Source: Candidatus Multivoradales bacterium (GTDB taxonomy: Bacteria > Acidobacteriota > Thermoanaerobaculia > Multivoradales > J023). Taken from it: 64,000 bases of DNA. The notes beneath the pieces are model-generated. The model did not search any database, was not told the DNA's origin, and saw only the letters and a list, made by a program, of their open reading frames with translations. The DNA lies in contig CBDFLE010000005.1 in assembly GCA_965248925.1 (NCBI GenBank), positions 704,001 through 768,000 on the forward strand, written 5' to 3'. Both the position numbers and the translations under genes were made by a program. How positions within the stretch are numbered: the stretch's first letter is position 1; every line of letters begins with the position of its first letter. This document shows, piece after piece, positions 9,801-17,546 of this stretch.

Positions 9801-11851
9801 TAGTTGGTGCGGTAAAGGGCGCCGGATTGGGCCGGGTTGATGCTGCCCAGGCTTGCGGTGCTGATCGCCTGGCTGTCGCCGCCGTATTGCAGCTCAGAGG
9901 CGACGAAGCCGGTGCTGCCAGCCTGCACGAAGATGCTCAGCAGGTCGTTCGACTGCCGCGAGCCACCTGCCAACACCCTGCGTTTGCGCAGGAAGCCGTT
10001 GACTAGCGCAAAGTCATACTCGGTGGATTCGGTGACGCCGTTCTCGGTCACCGATTGCGAGTTGAAGGTCTCCAGCACCCAGGGCTGGGTCTGGCCGAAC
10101 ATGGCGAAATCGGTGGCCGGATCGATGGCGCCGGTGTCGCTGTTGGCGATCAGGTAGGAGCCGCGATTCTGGTTGTAGAAGGTCTCGCTCGCGCGCACGT
10201 TGCCGCTGGCGAAGTTGCCGCCGGTGGTGGTGGTGCGGAAATGGCCGAGGCCATCGAAGTCCGAGTGGGTGACCTCGCGGAACTTGTCGCCGTCGTCGTG
10301 GTAGATGACTTTGCGGTACTTCATCCGGTGGTTGCGGTCGGCGTAGGTCCCGGATGGACCGTCGTTCTCATACTCCAGGAAGATCGAGCGGCGCTTGCTG
10401 CCGCTGGCCACCGAGCCCTGGTAGATCTCCTGCGACAAGTAGGGTGGGTTGTTGTTGAAGTAGTCGTTGGTGCCCGGCGTGCAGCGGGTGAAGGGCAGGC
10501 CGAAACCCTGGCGATGGATGCCCGCGGAGTTAAACCAGTGCTTTGTGTCGTTGCCTAGCGGGTCGGTCAAGGTGAGCGTGTGGTAGCAAGAGATCTGGCC
10601 GGGGCCGAGCACTCCCTGGGGGTCGTAATCGTAAGTCCAGGTGCCGTGGGGCGAGTTTGGATAGTCGCTGTCTTTGAGATAGGTCGACTTGGTGGCCACG
10701 CCGGTGCCGGTGTTGGCCCACTCGCGGCCCTCGGGCACATCTGGGCTTTGGGCGTGGAAATCGATCTCTTGGTACTTCCAGCCAAAGGCACCATCGGTGG
10801 GCAGGCGGAGGAACTTGATGCCGCCCGAGAGTTTCTCTCCTACATTGTCGGTGTGGTAGTAGTCCATTTGGTAGAACGAGTCGTCGGGCAAGACCAGGCG
10901 TTCGAGTAGGCGGACGCCGGAAAGGGTGTCCCCTTCGGGCACACACGAAGGCTGCGCGCCTTGGCGCTCCAGGTCGACCGGGCCGGAGTAGACTAGATCG
11001 TAGACGGCGCTTTGGTTGTTGAAGGCGGCGAGGGTGACCTTCTCCAGTCGGCCGGCGGTGAAATCGAGGGAATGACTCCTGTTGGCGGAATCGGTGACGC
11101 TCCAATCGCCGCCCGAGGCGTAGGCTATCTTGACCCAATGGCCGAAGCGGTCGAGCATCTTGGTCACTCGCCAATCGAAGCTGGTGTGGCTGATGTTATG
11201 GAATTCATGCATCTCACCACTTGGGAATTCCACCGTCCGGCAATCCTGGTCGAGCAGATTCGACGGCGTCTCGCAGGGGCTCGATGCGAATGGGTAGTAG
11301 CGCATTCTCAGGTAGGTACTGTCGCGGGTGAACCAGGTGTTGGGCTGGGTGCCGGCGGGCGGGTAGGTGCCGCTCTGGGCCGGGTGGAGGAAATCGTGGA
11401 AGGCGTGTTGCCCGCCGTCAGGGCTCAAATAGGAAAACCCGCTGAAGGGTGGCGCGGGATTGCCGCCTTCGGAGCGCACCAACTGGCCAAGATTGACCCG
11501 CCACCCCCAGCCAGAATTCGCATCGAGATCTTGAATCGGCAAGTTGTAGGAAACCAGCATCTGGTTGGGCGGCGTGCCCTCGGTGCAGCTCTGTTGGTCG
11601 TCAAAGTCCCAGCCGCTGGAGTTGTAGGTCAGGGTGAAGCCGTAGCTCAGAGTGGGACCCACCGGGTAGCTCTGGCCGAGGGGCAGGCGGAGCGACAGAT
11701 TCCCCGAGAAGAGGTTGATCGAGTCGATGTCGCCGACTTGGAAGGCGGTGTCGGCGGTGACGCCCCGCTGGTGGCTCTGGGGCTGTTGCGCGGCGGTCGG
11801 CCCGGCGAGGGCAACGTAGAGAAGTGAGGCGATGAGAATTTTCTGTTGCAT
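6806..11851 (-). CDS. Rhs/YD-repeat polymorphic toxin copy 2 with Sec signal peptide and papain-like C-terminal tip
   Basis: Signal peptide; many YD repeats; core end 'HLDHLGSPR…YYPFG…KFTGHERD…DYMHARH…GRFLGTDP…WNRYTYALNNPAKFLDRNG'; tip with GH…NC motifs. Confidence 0.95.
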   Translation of the reverse strand: MQQKILIASLLYVALAGPTAAQQPQSHQRGVTADTAFQVGDIDSINLFSGNLSLRLPLGQSYPVGPTLSYGFTLTYNSSGWDFDDQQSCTEGTPPNQMLVSYNLPIQDLDANSGWGWRVNLGQLVRSEGGNPAPPFSGFSYLSPDGGQHAFHDFLHPAQSGTYPPAGTQPNTWFTRDSTYLRMRYYPFASSPCETPSNLLDQDCRTVEFPSGEMHEFHNISHTSFDWRVTKMLDRFGHWVKIAYASGGDWSVTDSANRSHSLDFTAGRLEKVTLAAFNNQSAVYDLVYSGPVDLERQGAQPSCVPEGDTLSGVRLLERLVLPDDSFYQMDYYHTDNVGEKLSGGIKFLRLPTDGAFGWKYQEIDFHAQSPDVPEGREWANTGTGVATKSTYLKDSDYPNSPHGTWTYDYDPQGVLGPGQISCYHTLTLTDPLGNDTKHWFNSAGIHRQGFGLPFTRCTPGTNDYFNNNPPYLSQEIYQGSVASGSKRRSIFLEYENDGPSGTYADRNHRMKYRKVIYHDDGDKFREVTHSDFDGLGHFRTTTTGGNFASGNVRASETFYNQNRGSYLIANSDTGAIDPATDFAMFGQTQPWVLETFNSQSVTENGVTESTEYDFALVNGFLRKRRVLAGGSRQSNDLLSIFVQAGSTGFVASELQYGGDSQAISTASLGSINPAQSGALYRTNYGYQYGVLRNSTVVNPCATSEVLLKLADYDLDKNTGLVKRSRDSAGVKIDFLYDRQGRLTHEFPESEAVRRYTYRLATQSNFNLMPLLTEEQCVTTAACSGSGLLAYRQHTFDGLGRRVKEQVQLPGGVRWYRHMSFNPRAWKTAESVWTLNATSDSRVTKYEQYDNFGRPGRITPPSQPATFLSYEGERTKTRRFKVMLASGVQEDTYNTEISDGQGRLFEVCEGRSAAWNGSCNAGGLLTRYAYDAGSRLTHVCQNRTGSTCGQQRFFNYDGRSFLTSETHPEVGPVGNGATTYSYDARGSVLSKRIGGSTEFDLDYFYDPAGRLIRVDESNGGSPRKLKEFRYGRKNVGADKRAGKLVQTTRHNWVDLVNPLNANPGFLDVRISESFVYAGRGGRMSERQTRYQLGVGHYAFQSGFSYDLQGNLATLDYPDCLHSNDSCDQVSPPRQVSFAYDKGLLTAVPGFASSLSYQSGGMLTQISHQSGITETYQVDPSGLARPERISTNAGWDTGTFDYDGAGNIHRIGSLQYRYDRFQRLVSGEVKVGSNDRLQTASYDNFGNLTQMVTHGASQTMSPSSSTNRLGLSGTTYDAGGNLTRVRYSSSEIYQYTYDAANMMKHLQSNTDQASVYIYNADDERIVTFSCFSAAGSSCVSSPASETWTLRGLGNEVLRVFSHPRGESFEWERDYVYRGGQMLASVDPDANGVEETYSFHLDHLGSPRQVTKGGSQVALHSYYPFGREATSTTSDEFQLKFTGHERDENGVGANGDLDYMHARHCSPVVGRFLGTDPKLLRNPTRLQQRWNRYTYALNNPAKFLDRNGKETVVFVVSGSFNEASTSFGHAAIIATAAEGRASVSEGTPVQLEPSVAAFINKYLAQQRRVTAFVMKSDAARDSRIVDSAKKPKKAYEVRRQNCSSACGDVLRDAGVLSEGQRPERGILYDSPQRLAAALEDGVLSDQVSAIVVFDPLLVQEVFPNQVEEHLLILDQEPLLSEGER

Positions 11852-12234
11852 AGTCTTTGACTCCTTCAGCAGCCGCTGCCGGGGCAGGTGCTATCCCATT
11901 GATTGGCATTGCCAGACTCAAAGTTGTCGCCAAAGAGCACGGCGATGGACTTGACGGCGACGGTGGCCGAGGTGCTGTGGTGGGTCTCGTCTTCGATGCG
12001 GTAGGTCAAAGTGCAGTTGGCATCGATCGACGGGTTCGGGGTCAATCGGATCAGATCGAGCACGATCTCGGTGCTCGCCGGGCAGGTGCTGGCGAGGACG
12101 GTGACAGTCAGGGCTTCGCCGTCGGGCTCGGTGTCGTTGGCCAGGACATCAATCAGGATCGGGGCGGAGGCGGCTTCTGCGTTGTCGCCCGAGGCGATGG
12201 GGGTGCTGTTGCATTGAGCGTGGGCGGTGGCGGC
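8500..12234. repeat. Long direct repeat, copy 2 (partner 1-3735)
   Basis: Direct sequence comparison with copy 1. Confidence 0.95.
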
Positions 12235-12300
12235 GGCGAGCAGGCCGAGAGCGAGCGCCGCTGCCGGCCACGCCATGCATCCAGAGATTTTTCGCTTCAT
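11866..12300 (-). CDS. Small secreted Ig-like protein with FGDNFESG tail, copy 2
   Basis: GGAGG RBS before ATG at 12300 (MKRKISG…AHA-Q). Mature region is identical to copy 1 and the gene has the same 435-nt length. Confidence 0.85.
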   Translation of the reverse strand: MKRKISGCMAWPAAALALGLLAAATAHAQCNSTPIASGDNAEAASAPILIDVLANDTEPDGEALTVTVLASTCPASTEIVLDLIRLTPNPSIDANCTLTYRIEDETHHSTSATVAVKSIAVLFGDNFESGNANQWDSTCPGSGC

Positions 12301-12342
12301 TCGTACCTCCAGTCCAGATCGTTCTGTCTTCCTTCTTCCTAC

Positions 12343-12371
12343 TTGGACACAACGACGTTCCGTCAGGTTCC
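12343..12371 (-). promoter_or_regulatory. ECF sigma-type promoter GGAACC-N17-GTCCAA (copy 2)
   Basis: Same position relative to the start codon as in copy 1. Confidence 0.75.
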
Positions 12372-12453
12372 CGCTCGAAGAAGGATTGCTCCTCATCCAG
12401 CGCCGAGGTCATTCGGCGAGCACTGCTCGCGCGGCTCTAGAAAAACCAGTCAC

Positions 12454-12520
12454 TGCGGGCATTCGGGAGACACACGCAACCTATGCGTTGCTCGACGCAG
12501 GTGGTCGAGCGCTATCACGG
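12454..12520 (+). pseudogene. comM: Short degenerate comM fragment
   Basis: CGHSGDTRNLC/(1-nt shift)/CSTQVVERYHG aligns with CGHLGDDRHHCKCSPQMIERYRS at 4654. Confidence 0.65.
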
Positions 12521-12820
12521 CCTCAGAGCAGGGGATTGGGCGGTGGCACCGCCCTGCACGCCGCCGCTTGGAGCGGCCATCGCGAGACGGTTGAAGTGCT
12601 GCTGCGGCTTCAGGCACCGCTCAATCTTCGCTGTACGACTTTCGGTGCAACTCCCCTGGGCTAGGTGGACAATGGTTTTGGACCTGAGAGCTGCTGGCTC
12701 AAGGGCGACCACCTGGGTGTTGCCGCTTTGTTGCTCCGCGCGGGCGCGGATTCCGAGATTGCAAACGCCTCCGGCCAGCGGCCGATTGACCTGGTGCAAG
12801 AACCCCCGGCAACCGGATAG
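12521..12820 (+). pseudogene. Ankyrin-repeat gene remnant with in-frame TAG
   Basis: GGTALHAAAWSGHRETVEVLL…FGATPLG*…VAALLLRAGADSEIANASGQRPIDL. TAG at 12662; no 5' end. Confidence 0.75.
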
Positions 12821-12957
12821 TGGAGCTGCTAACAGAGCATGGCAGCCGCTAGCTCGGTCCGCGCCAGAGGGGTCATATTCGGTTAGAATCGCTGCCGCCG
12901 AGGCTCCCTCGGCCGCAATCTCAAAACCAGCTAGATCCATCCGATAGGAGTTCGACC

Positions 12958-13440
12958 ATGACTATTCAGATCGGCGACAAGATTCCCGCCGCGACTTTCA
13001 AGACCCCGACGGCCTCCGGACCGCAGGAGATCACTACCGGCGAGTTCTTCGACGGTAAGAAGATCGTGCTCTTCGCCGTTCCCGGCGCCTTTACCCCGAC
13101 TTGTAGCGACACCCACCTGCCGGGCTTTGTCGTCCGTTCGGACGAGATCTTCGCCAAGGGGGTCGATGCGATCGCCTGTACCGCGGTCAATGATGTCTTT
13201 GTGCTCGGTGCCTGGGCGAAGGCGAATAAGCTCGGTGATGGCTTCCAGATGCTGGCCGATGGCAACGGCGAGTTCGCTAACGCCGCCGGGCTGGAACTCG
13301 ATTTGGGCCATTTCGGCATGGGCAAACGTTCCAAACGTTACGCCATGGTGGTCGACAACGGGGTGGTTACCTACCTCGGTGTGGAACCGGCCGGCGAGGT
13401 TGGGGTCAGCAGCGCCGACGCGGTTCTAGCCGCACTTTAG
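12958..13440 (+). CDS. Peroxiredoxin (Prx5/redoxin family)
   Basis: 'VPGAFTPTCSDTHLPGF', 'VNDVFV', 'RSKRYAMVV'; AGGAG RBS. Confidence 0.95.
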   Translation: MTIQIGDKIPAATFKTPTASGPQEITTGEFFDGKKIVLFAVPGAFTPTCSDTHLPGFVVRSDEIFAKGVDAIACTAVNDVFVLGAWAKANKLGDGFQMLADGNGEFANAAGLELDLGHFGMGKRSKRYAMVVDNGVVTYLGVEPAGEVGVSSADAVLAAL

Positions 13441-13454
13441 GTCGAATAGTGAGA

Positions 13455-13485
13455 GCCAGAGCCACCCACCAGGGTGGTTTCTGGC
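13455..13485. other. Intergenic stem-loop (possible terminator or processing site)
   Basis: GCCAGAGCCACCC-ACCA-GGGTGGTTTCTGGC; no U-tract. Confidence 0.4.
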
Positions 13486-13507
13486 GCGACAGCTCTGCGA
13501 GGCGGCT

Positions 13508-14194
13508 ATGGATCGACCGGCGCGTTATACCCATTATCCCCGCAGCATCTTATGGCTGATCGAAGGTGGCGAGATCACCCTCGGTGGCCACGAGGCAGAT
13601 GCTCAGCCCCGCTTTGGCGCCGAAGTCGAATCGTTCTATATCAGCAAGTTCCCGATCACCAACTTACAATTCGCGGCCTTTGATCCGGGGCATCAGTGCC
13701 GCACCTGCTCGCCGTCGGCCGGCGATCCGGCCACTGGCATCTGCTGGCAACAAGCTCGAGACTATGCCGCCTGGTATGCAGAGGTGTCGCGCAAGGCGAT
13801 GCGGCTACCCACTGAAATTGAGTGGGAATACGCCTGCCGCGGCGGCTGTGCTGGCCGCTGGCCTTGGGGGGACGACGCCCAAGAGATCGATAGGCATCTC
13901 TGGCATGCTGGCAACAGCGACGGCCGGGTAGGGCGCCTCGATAGTAAAGCCTCGAATGGCTTTGGTTTGTGGGCGATGGTCGGCGGCGTCTGGGAGTGGA
14001 CCGCCTCGGACTATCGGCCCTATCCTCTGGCCGCGTCTGGGGAGTCATCCGCCGATGAGTCCCTGCAGCGTGTTCTGCGTGGCGGCTCCTTTCGCTTGCC
14101 TGGCAAAGAACTATCTTGCTCGCTGCGCCGGGCTGCCGAGCCGAGTCTGCATGCCGATGACGTTGGTTTTCGCATCGCCAAGAGCCTGCGCTGA
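13508..14194 (+). CDS. FGE-sulfatase (SUMF1/EgtB/PvdO-like) domain protein
   Basis: 'PITNLQFAAF', 'RLPTEIEWEYACRGG', 'NGFGLWAMVGGVWEW', 'RVLRGGSF', 'VGFR'. Confidence 0.9.
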   Translation: MDRPARYTHYPRSILWLIEGGEITLGGHEADAQPRFGAEVESFYISKFPITNLQFAAFDPGHQCRTCSPSAGDPATGICWQQARDYAAWYAEVSRKAMRLPTEIEWEYACRGGCAGRWPWGDDAQEIDRHLWHAGNSDGRVGRLDSKASNGFGLWAMVGGVWEWTASDYRPYPLAASGESSADESLQRVLRGGSFRLPGKELSCSLRRAAEPSLHADDVGFRIAKSLR

Positions 14195-14265
14195 TGAAGA
14201 GCCCCCACCACGGTAGGAGGGGCAGGGGCAGCTTCAAGAGTTGGGGCGCTACTATGTGGGTGGCT

Positions 14266-14481
14266 CTAGTTGCCCTCTTCTTCCTTCGACGTCCGACCAC
14301 CGCCGAGCCACCGCGCAGGATGGTCACTGGAGAATCTGCAATCACTGTTGAACGGTCGAAGAATTTGACTTGGTAGGTAGCACACCAGCAGGCTGACGTG
14401 GGTGTCGACTGTCTTGGCCAGCAAAGGGCAAGGAAGCAGCACGAGGAGCAGGGTCATCACCAGCAAATATCGAGAGTTCAT
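14266..14481 (-). pseudogene. Probable truncated secreted-protein gene (signal peptide only)
   Basis: AGGAG RBS; MNSRYLLVMTLLLVLLPCPLLA; no recognisable domain follows. Confidence 0.35.
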
Positions 14482-14536
14482 AGCAGATCTCCTGAGTTCG
14501 ACTCCGGCTGCGATCGCTCACGGTCGCCAGCCAGGG

Positions 14537-14836
14537 TCAGGTAGAGGGGTGCTTCTTCGAGCGGGCGCCAACGCCATCTCCGCGGGCTCTCTTGAGGCAG
14601 CCCCGGAGGACGATCCGGGTCAGCCAGGAGGCGTAGCTGTCGAGATCCCGCAAGGACCGAAGCTTGCTCCAGGCGGTCACCAGGCCGTCTTGCACTGCAT
14701 CTTCAGCCTCTCCATCGCCGAGTACCGAGCGAGCCAACCGCACCAGGGATTGCCAGCGATCCTCGACGATCAATGCGAAAGCCTCGCGGTCGTCGTCCTG
14801 GGCGCGTCGGATTTGCTCTGTCTCGACTCCGTTCAT
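14537..14836 (-). pseudogene. ECF sigma factor, region 2 only
   Basis: 'DREAFALIV…LVRLARSVLGDGEAEDAVQDGLVTAWSKL…SYASWLTRIV'; region 4 is missing. Confidence 0.75.
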
Positions 14837-14996
14837 ACCTGTAGGAGGGCTGGCGATCGGTTTTTCGTGTACAGCCGGCGAAAAAAGGTTTCGCGGTGTG
14901 AGATCGTCGGCCTCAGCCTATCGCTGTCGAGCAAGTTGGCGGCGACAATCCCCGACGGCGGTGGGTTAGATCATGACCATCACGAGGAGAGTAGCA

Positions 14997-15782
14997 ATGA
15001 CGAAGAATTCCAAACCACTGGCTGACCGAGTGGCTCTGGTTACTGGCGGCGGCTCGGGAATCGGCCGCGCCATCGCCTCCGCGCTGGCTGGCGCTGGCGC
15101 CGCCGTGGCGGTTGCCGGCCGGCGCTCCGAGCCCCTCGAAGAGTGGGTCGAGGAAATCCGCCAAGTAGGAGGCCGCGGTTTGGCGGTGGTTGGTGATGTT
15201 TCTCGTCCCCAAGAGGCGCAACGGCTGGTCGAGGAGGTGGTGAGCGAGTACGGAGGCTTACAGATCCTGGTGAACAATGCCGGCATAGCTCGGGGCGGCC
15301 CGATCGAGGAGATGAGCAGCGAGGATATTGAGGCGGTGATCGACATCGACCTCAAAGGGCCAATCTGGATGTTACGCGCGGCATTGCCGGAGTTGTCGCG
15401 CAAGCAGGCTTCGGGTGTCAGCTCAGTGATCAATATTTCGTCGTCAGTGACCTTGAATCCAGTGCCAAATTTCTCGGTCTATTCAGCCGCCAAAGCTGGT
15501 CTCGACATGCTAACTCGCTGTTTGGCCCGCGACTGGGCGTCAAGGGGCATCCGGGTTAATGCGATCAATCCCGGAGTCGTCAACACGCCGATTTTCTCGA
15601 CCATGATGCCGTCTGAGCAGATTGCTGGAATGCTGCGAGAGATCGGTCAGCAGACCCCTCTCAGTCGCATCGGTGAGCCGGCCGACGTGGCCCGTCTGGC
15701 GCTTTTCCTCGCCGGGCCGCAGAGCGAATGGATGACAGGCGCAGTGGTTCCACTCGACGGCGGCTTGAGCCTGGCCAGTTAG
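14997..15782 (+). CDS. Short-chain dehydrogenase/reductase
   Basis: TGGGSGIG, NNAG, YSAAK, NAINPG; GGAG RBS before ATG 14997. Confidence 0.95.
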   Translation: MTKNSKPLADRVALVTGGGSGIGRAIASALAGAGAAVAVAGRRSEPLEEWVEEIRQVGGRGLAVVGDVSRPQEAQRLVEEVVSEYGGLQILVNNAGIARGGPIEEMSSEDIEAVIDIDLKGPIWMLRAALPELSRKQASGVSSVINISSSVTLNPVPNFSVYSAAKAGLDMLTRCLARDWASRGIRVNAINPGVVNTPIFSTMMPSEQIAGMLREIGQQTPLSRIGEPADVARLALFLAGPQSEWMTGAVVPLDGGLSLAS

Positions 15783-15914
15783 AGCTAGACCCTTGACGCG
15801 GACTTGCGCGGCTTGGGAAGATTTTTTACCTGCCGTTTACCGCCTTTTTCGGATATCAGCCAGTCCCCTCCGTAGTCGAGAAGGAACAACCCGAAACTAG
15901 CGCAGGAGAACAAA

Positions 15915-17411
15915 GTGACCTCGACCCGACTCGCAAGTCCCGTTCGGTATCCGCCCTCCCTTTCGCTGACCCTCCTGGCGCTACTCGCTGCAGGGACGCT
16001 TGGTGCTGCACCGCCCGATCAAGCACCGGCGGTCGATTGGCCGCAGTTTCGCGGTCCTACGGTCGATGGGGTGGCCCGCCCAGGCAATCTTGAGAAAGGC
16101 AAAGTTGGGCTGGAGCTGAGTTGGAAACGTTCCTTAGGCTCCGGCTACTCCAGCATTTCGATCTCTGGCGATCACCTGGTGACCATGTTCACAGACGGCG
16201 AGACCGACTTTCTGGCCTCCTTCGATCCTGCTGACGGCAGCGAACGTTGGCGCTACGAAATCGCCGCCAAATACGTCGGCCACGATGGCTCCGACGATGG
16301 CCCCCTTTCCACTCCGGCCGTCCACCGGGGCAAGGTTTACGCTCTGGGTGCCATGGGGGAGCTGTTTGCGCTGCGGTTGGCTGACGGCGCCGAGATCTGG
16401 CGCCGTCAGCTGGGGGAGACCGAGGCAGCGGCGCCTTTCTATGGCTTTACCACCGCGCCGCTGGTGGCTGGAGAGCTGCTGATTGTCGAGACCGGGGGCG
16501 GCGCTGGCAAAGCGATCACCGCTCTGCACTTGGCCGACGGTAGAACCGCCTGGACTAGCGTCGAGGATTCGGTCAACTATCAGTCTCCCACTCTGCTGAG
16601 TTTGGCCGGCGTGCAGCAGTTGGTGGTGGCTACCGACCACCGGTTAATCGGCCTCGATGCCCCTTCCGGCAAAGAACTTTGGTCGTTAGAGCACAGCGAA
16701 AGTGAGGAAGCAGCCGGCTCAGGCTATCCGGTGGCCCTGGGTGGGGACCGGGTGCTGCTGGTGATCGACGGCGAGGCGATAGCGGTTCAAGTCAATCGGC
16801 ACGGCGGTCACTTCGAGGCCGAGGAGATTTGGCGCTCGAGCAACATCAAGCGCAATTTTGCGGTGCCGCTACTGATCGACGGCTACCTCTATGCTTTCAA
16901 CGGCCGTTTCTTGACCTGTGTCGACCCGGCCACCGGCAGTACAGTGTGGAAGTCTCGGCCACCAGGAGGGCGCGGCCTGATGGCCGTTGATGGCCACCTG
17001 GTGATCCTCGGCAACGAGGGCGACTTGGTTTTGGTTGAGGCCTCGCCGGAGGGCTACCGTGAAGCTGCTCGCCTGCCCCTCTTTGATGACCCAGGCTGGA
17101 CCGCGCCGAGCTTCGCCGCTGGCCAGATCTACGTTCGTAACCTGAGCGAGATGGCTGGCATTCGGATTACCGACTCACCGCCAGCGGCGCTGGATCCGTT
17201 GGCGGACCTCGATCTTCGCGGTTCCCTGGGCACGATGTTGGCGAGAGCGCTGCAGCTTCCAGCCAGCGAGCGTCAGTCTCTGGTCGACAGCTTCTTGATC
17301 CATCATGACGATGGATCGCTCATCGAAAGTGGCGGCTTGGCGCATTTTCTCTATCGTGGCGCCGCCAGCTCTTTGATCTTTGGCAGGGACTCACCCGAGG
17401 CACTCGCCTAG
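15915..17411 (+). CDS. PQQ-binding-like (BamB-like) beta-propeller protein, possibly C-terminally truncated
   Basis: Signal peptide; 'DWPQFRGP', 'GYSS', 'GPLSTP', repeated G..W motifs, 'WTAPSFA…IYVRN'. Confidence 0.9.
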   Translation: MTSTRLASPVRYPPSLSLTLLALLAAGTLGAAPPDQAPAVDWPQFRGPTVDGVARPGNLEKGKVGLELSWKRSLGSGYSSISISGDHLVTMFTDGETDFLASFDPADGSERWRYEIAAKYVGHDGSDDGPLSTPAVHRGKVYALGAMGELFALRLADGAEIWRRQLGETEAAAPFYGFTTAPLVAGELLIVETGGGAGKAITALHLADGRTAWTSVEDSVNYQSPTLLSLAGVQQLVVATDHRLIGLDAPSGKELWSLEHSESEEAAGSGYPVALGGDRVLLVIDGEAIAVQVNRHGGHFEAEEIWRSSNIKRNFAVPLLIDGYLYAFNGRFLTCVDPATGSTVWKSRPPGGRGLMAVDGHLVILGNEGDLVLVEASPEGYREAARLPLFDDPGWTAPSFAAGQIYVRNLSEMAGIRITDSPPAALDPLADLDLRGSLGTMLARALQLPASERQSLVDSFLIHHDDGSLIESGGLAHFLYRGAASSLIFGRDSPEALA

Positions 17412-17505
17412 AAAAGAGCCGCTCGCGGTCGCGGCTGAGCCAGCGACCGCGGCGGAACCTGGGATACAGAAATGGAATTCGATGGCTGAGCTGGATCTCT
17501 GACAC

Positions 17506-17535
17506 GAAAAATAAATTTGCTGGCAGAGCAAATTT
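17506..17535 (-). terminator. Rho-independent terminator candidate for the TAXI-TRAP-MATE operon
   Basis: AAATTTGCT-N5-AGCAAATTT followed by ATTTTT on the minus strand, 12 nt after the MATE stop. Confidence 0.55.
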
Positions 17536-17546
17536 CAGGGAGGCGA

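Noticed and set aside
32-11827. Long plus-strand ORFs over the Rhs genes (e.g. 32-1237, 8213-9736, 11012-11827)
   Set aside because: Antisense shadows of high-GC coding sequence; no motifs or RBS.
12662-12664. In-frame TAG in the ankyrin remnant as possible recoding (pyrrolysine/readthrough)
   Set aside because: The gene lacks a 5' end, and TGG->TAG at a plausible Trp position is the simpler explanation; TAG is a normal stop elsewhere in the window.
14865-14892. GAAACC box upstream of the ECF pseudogene as a match to the Rhs promoters
   Set aside because: No GTCCAA-like -10 at the right spacing.
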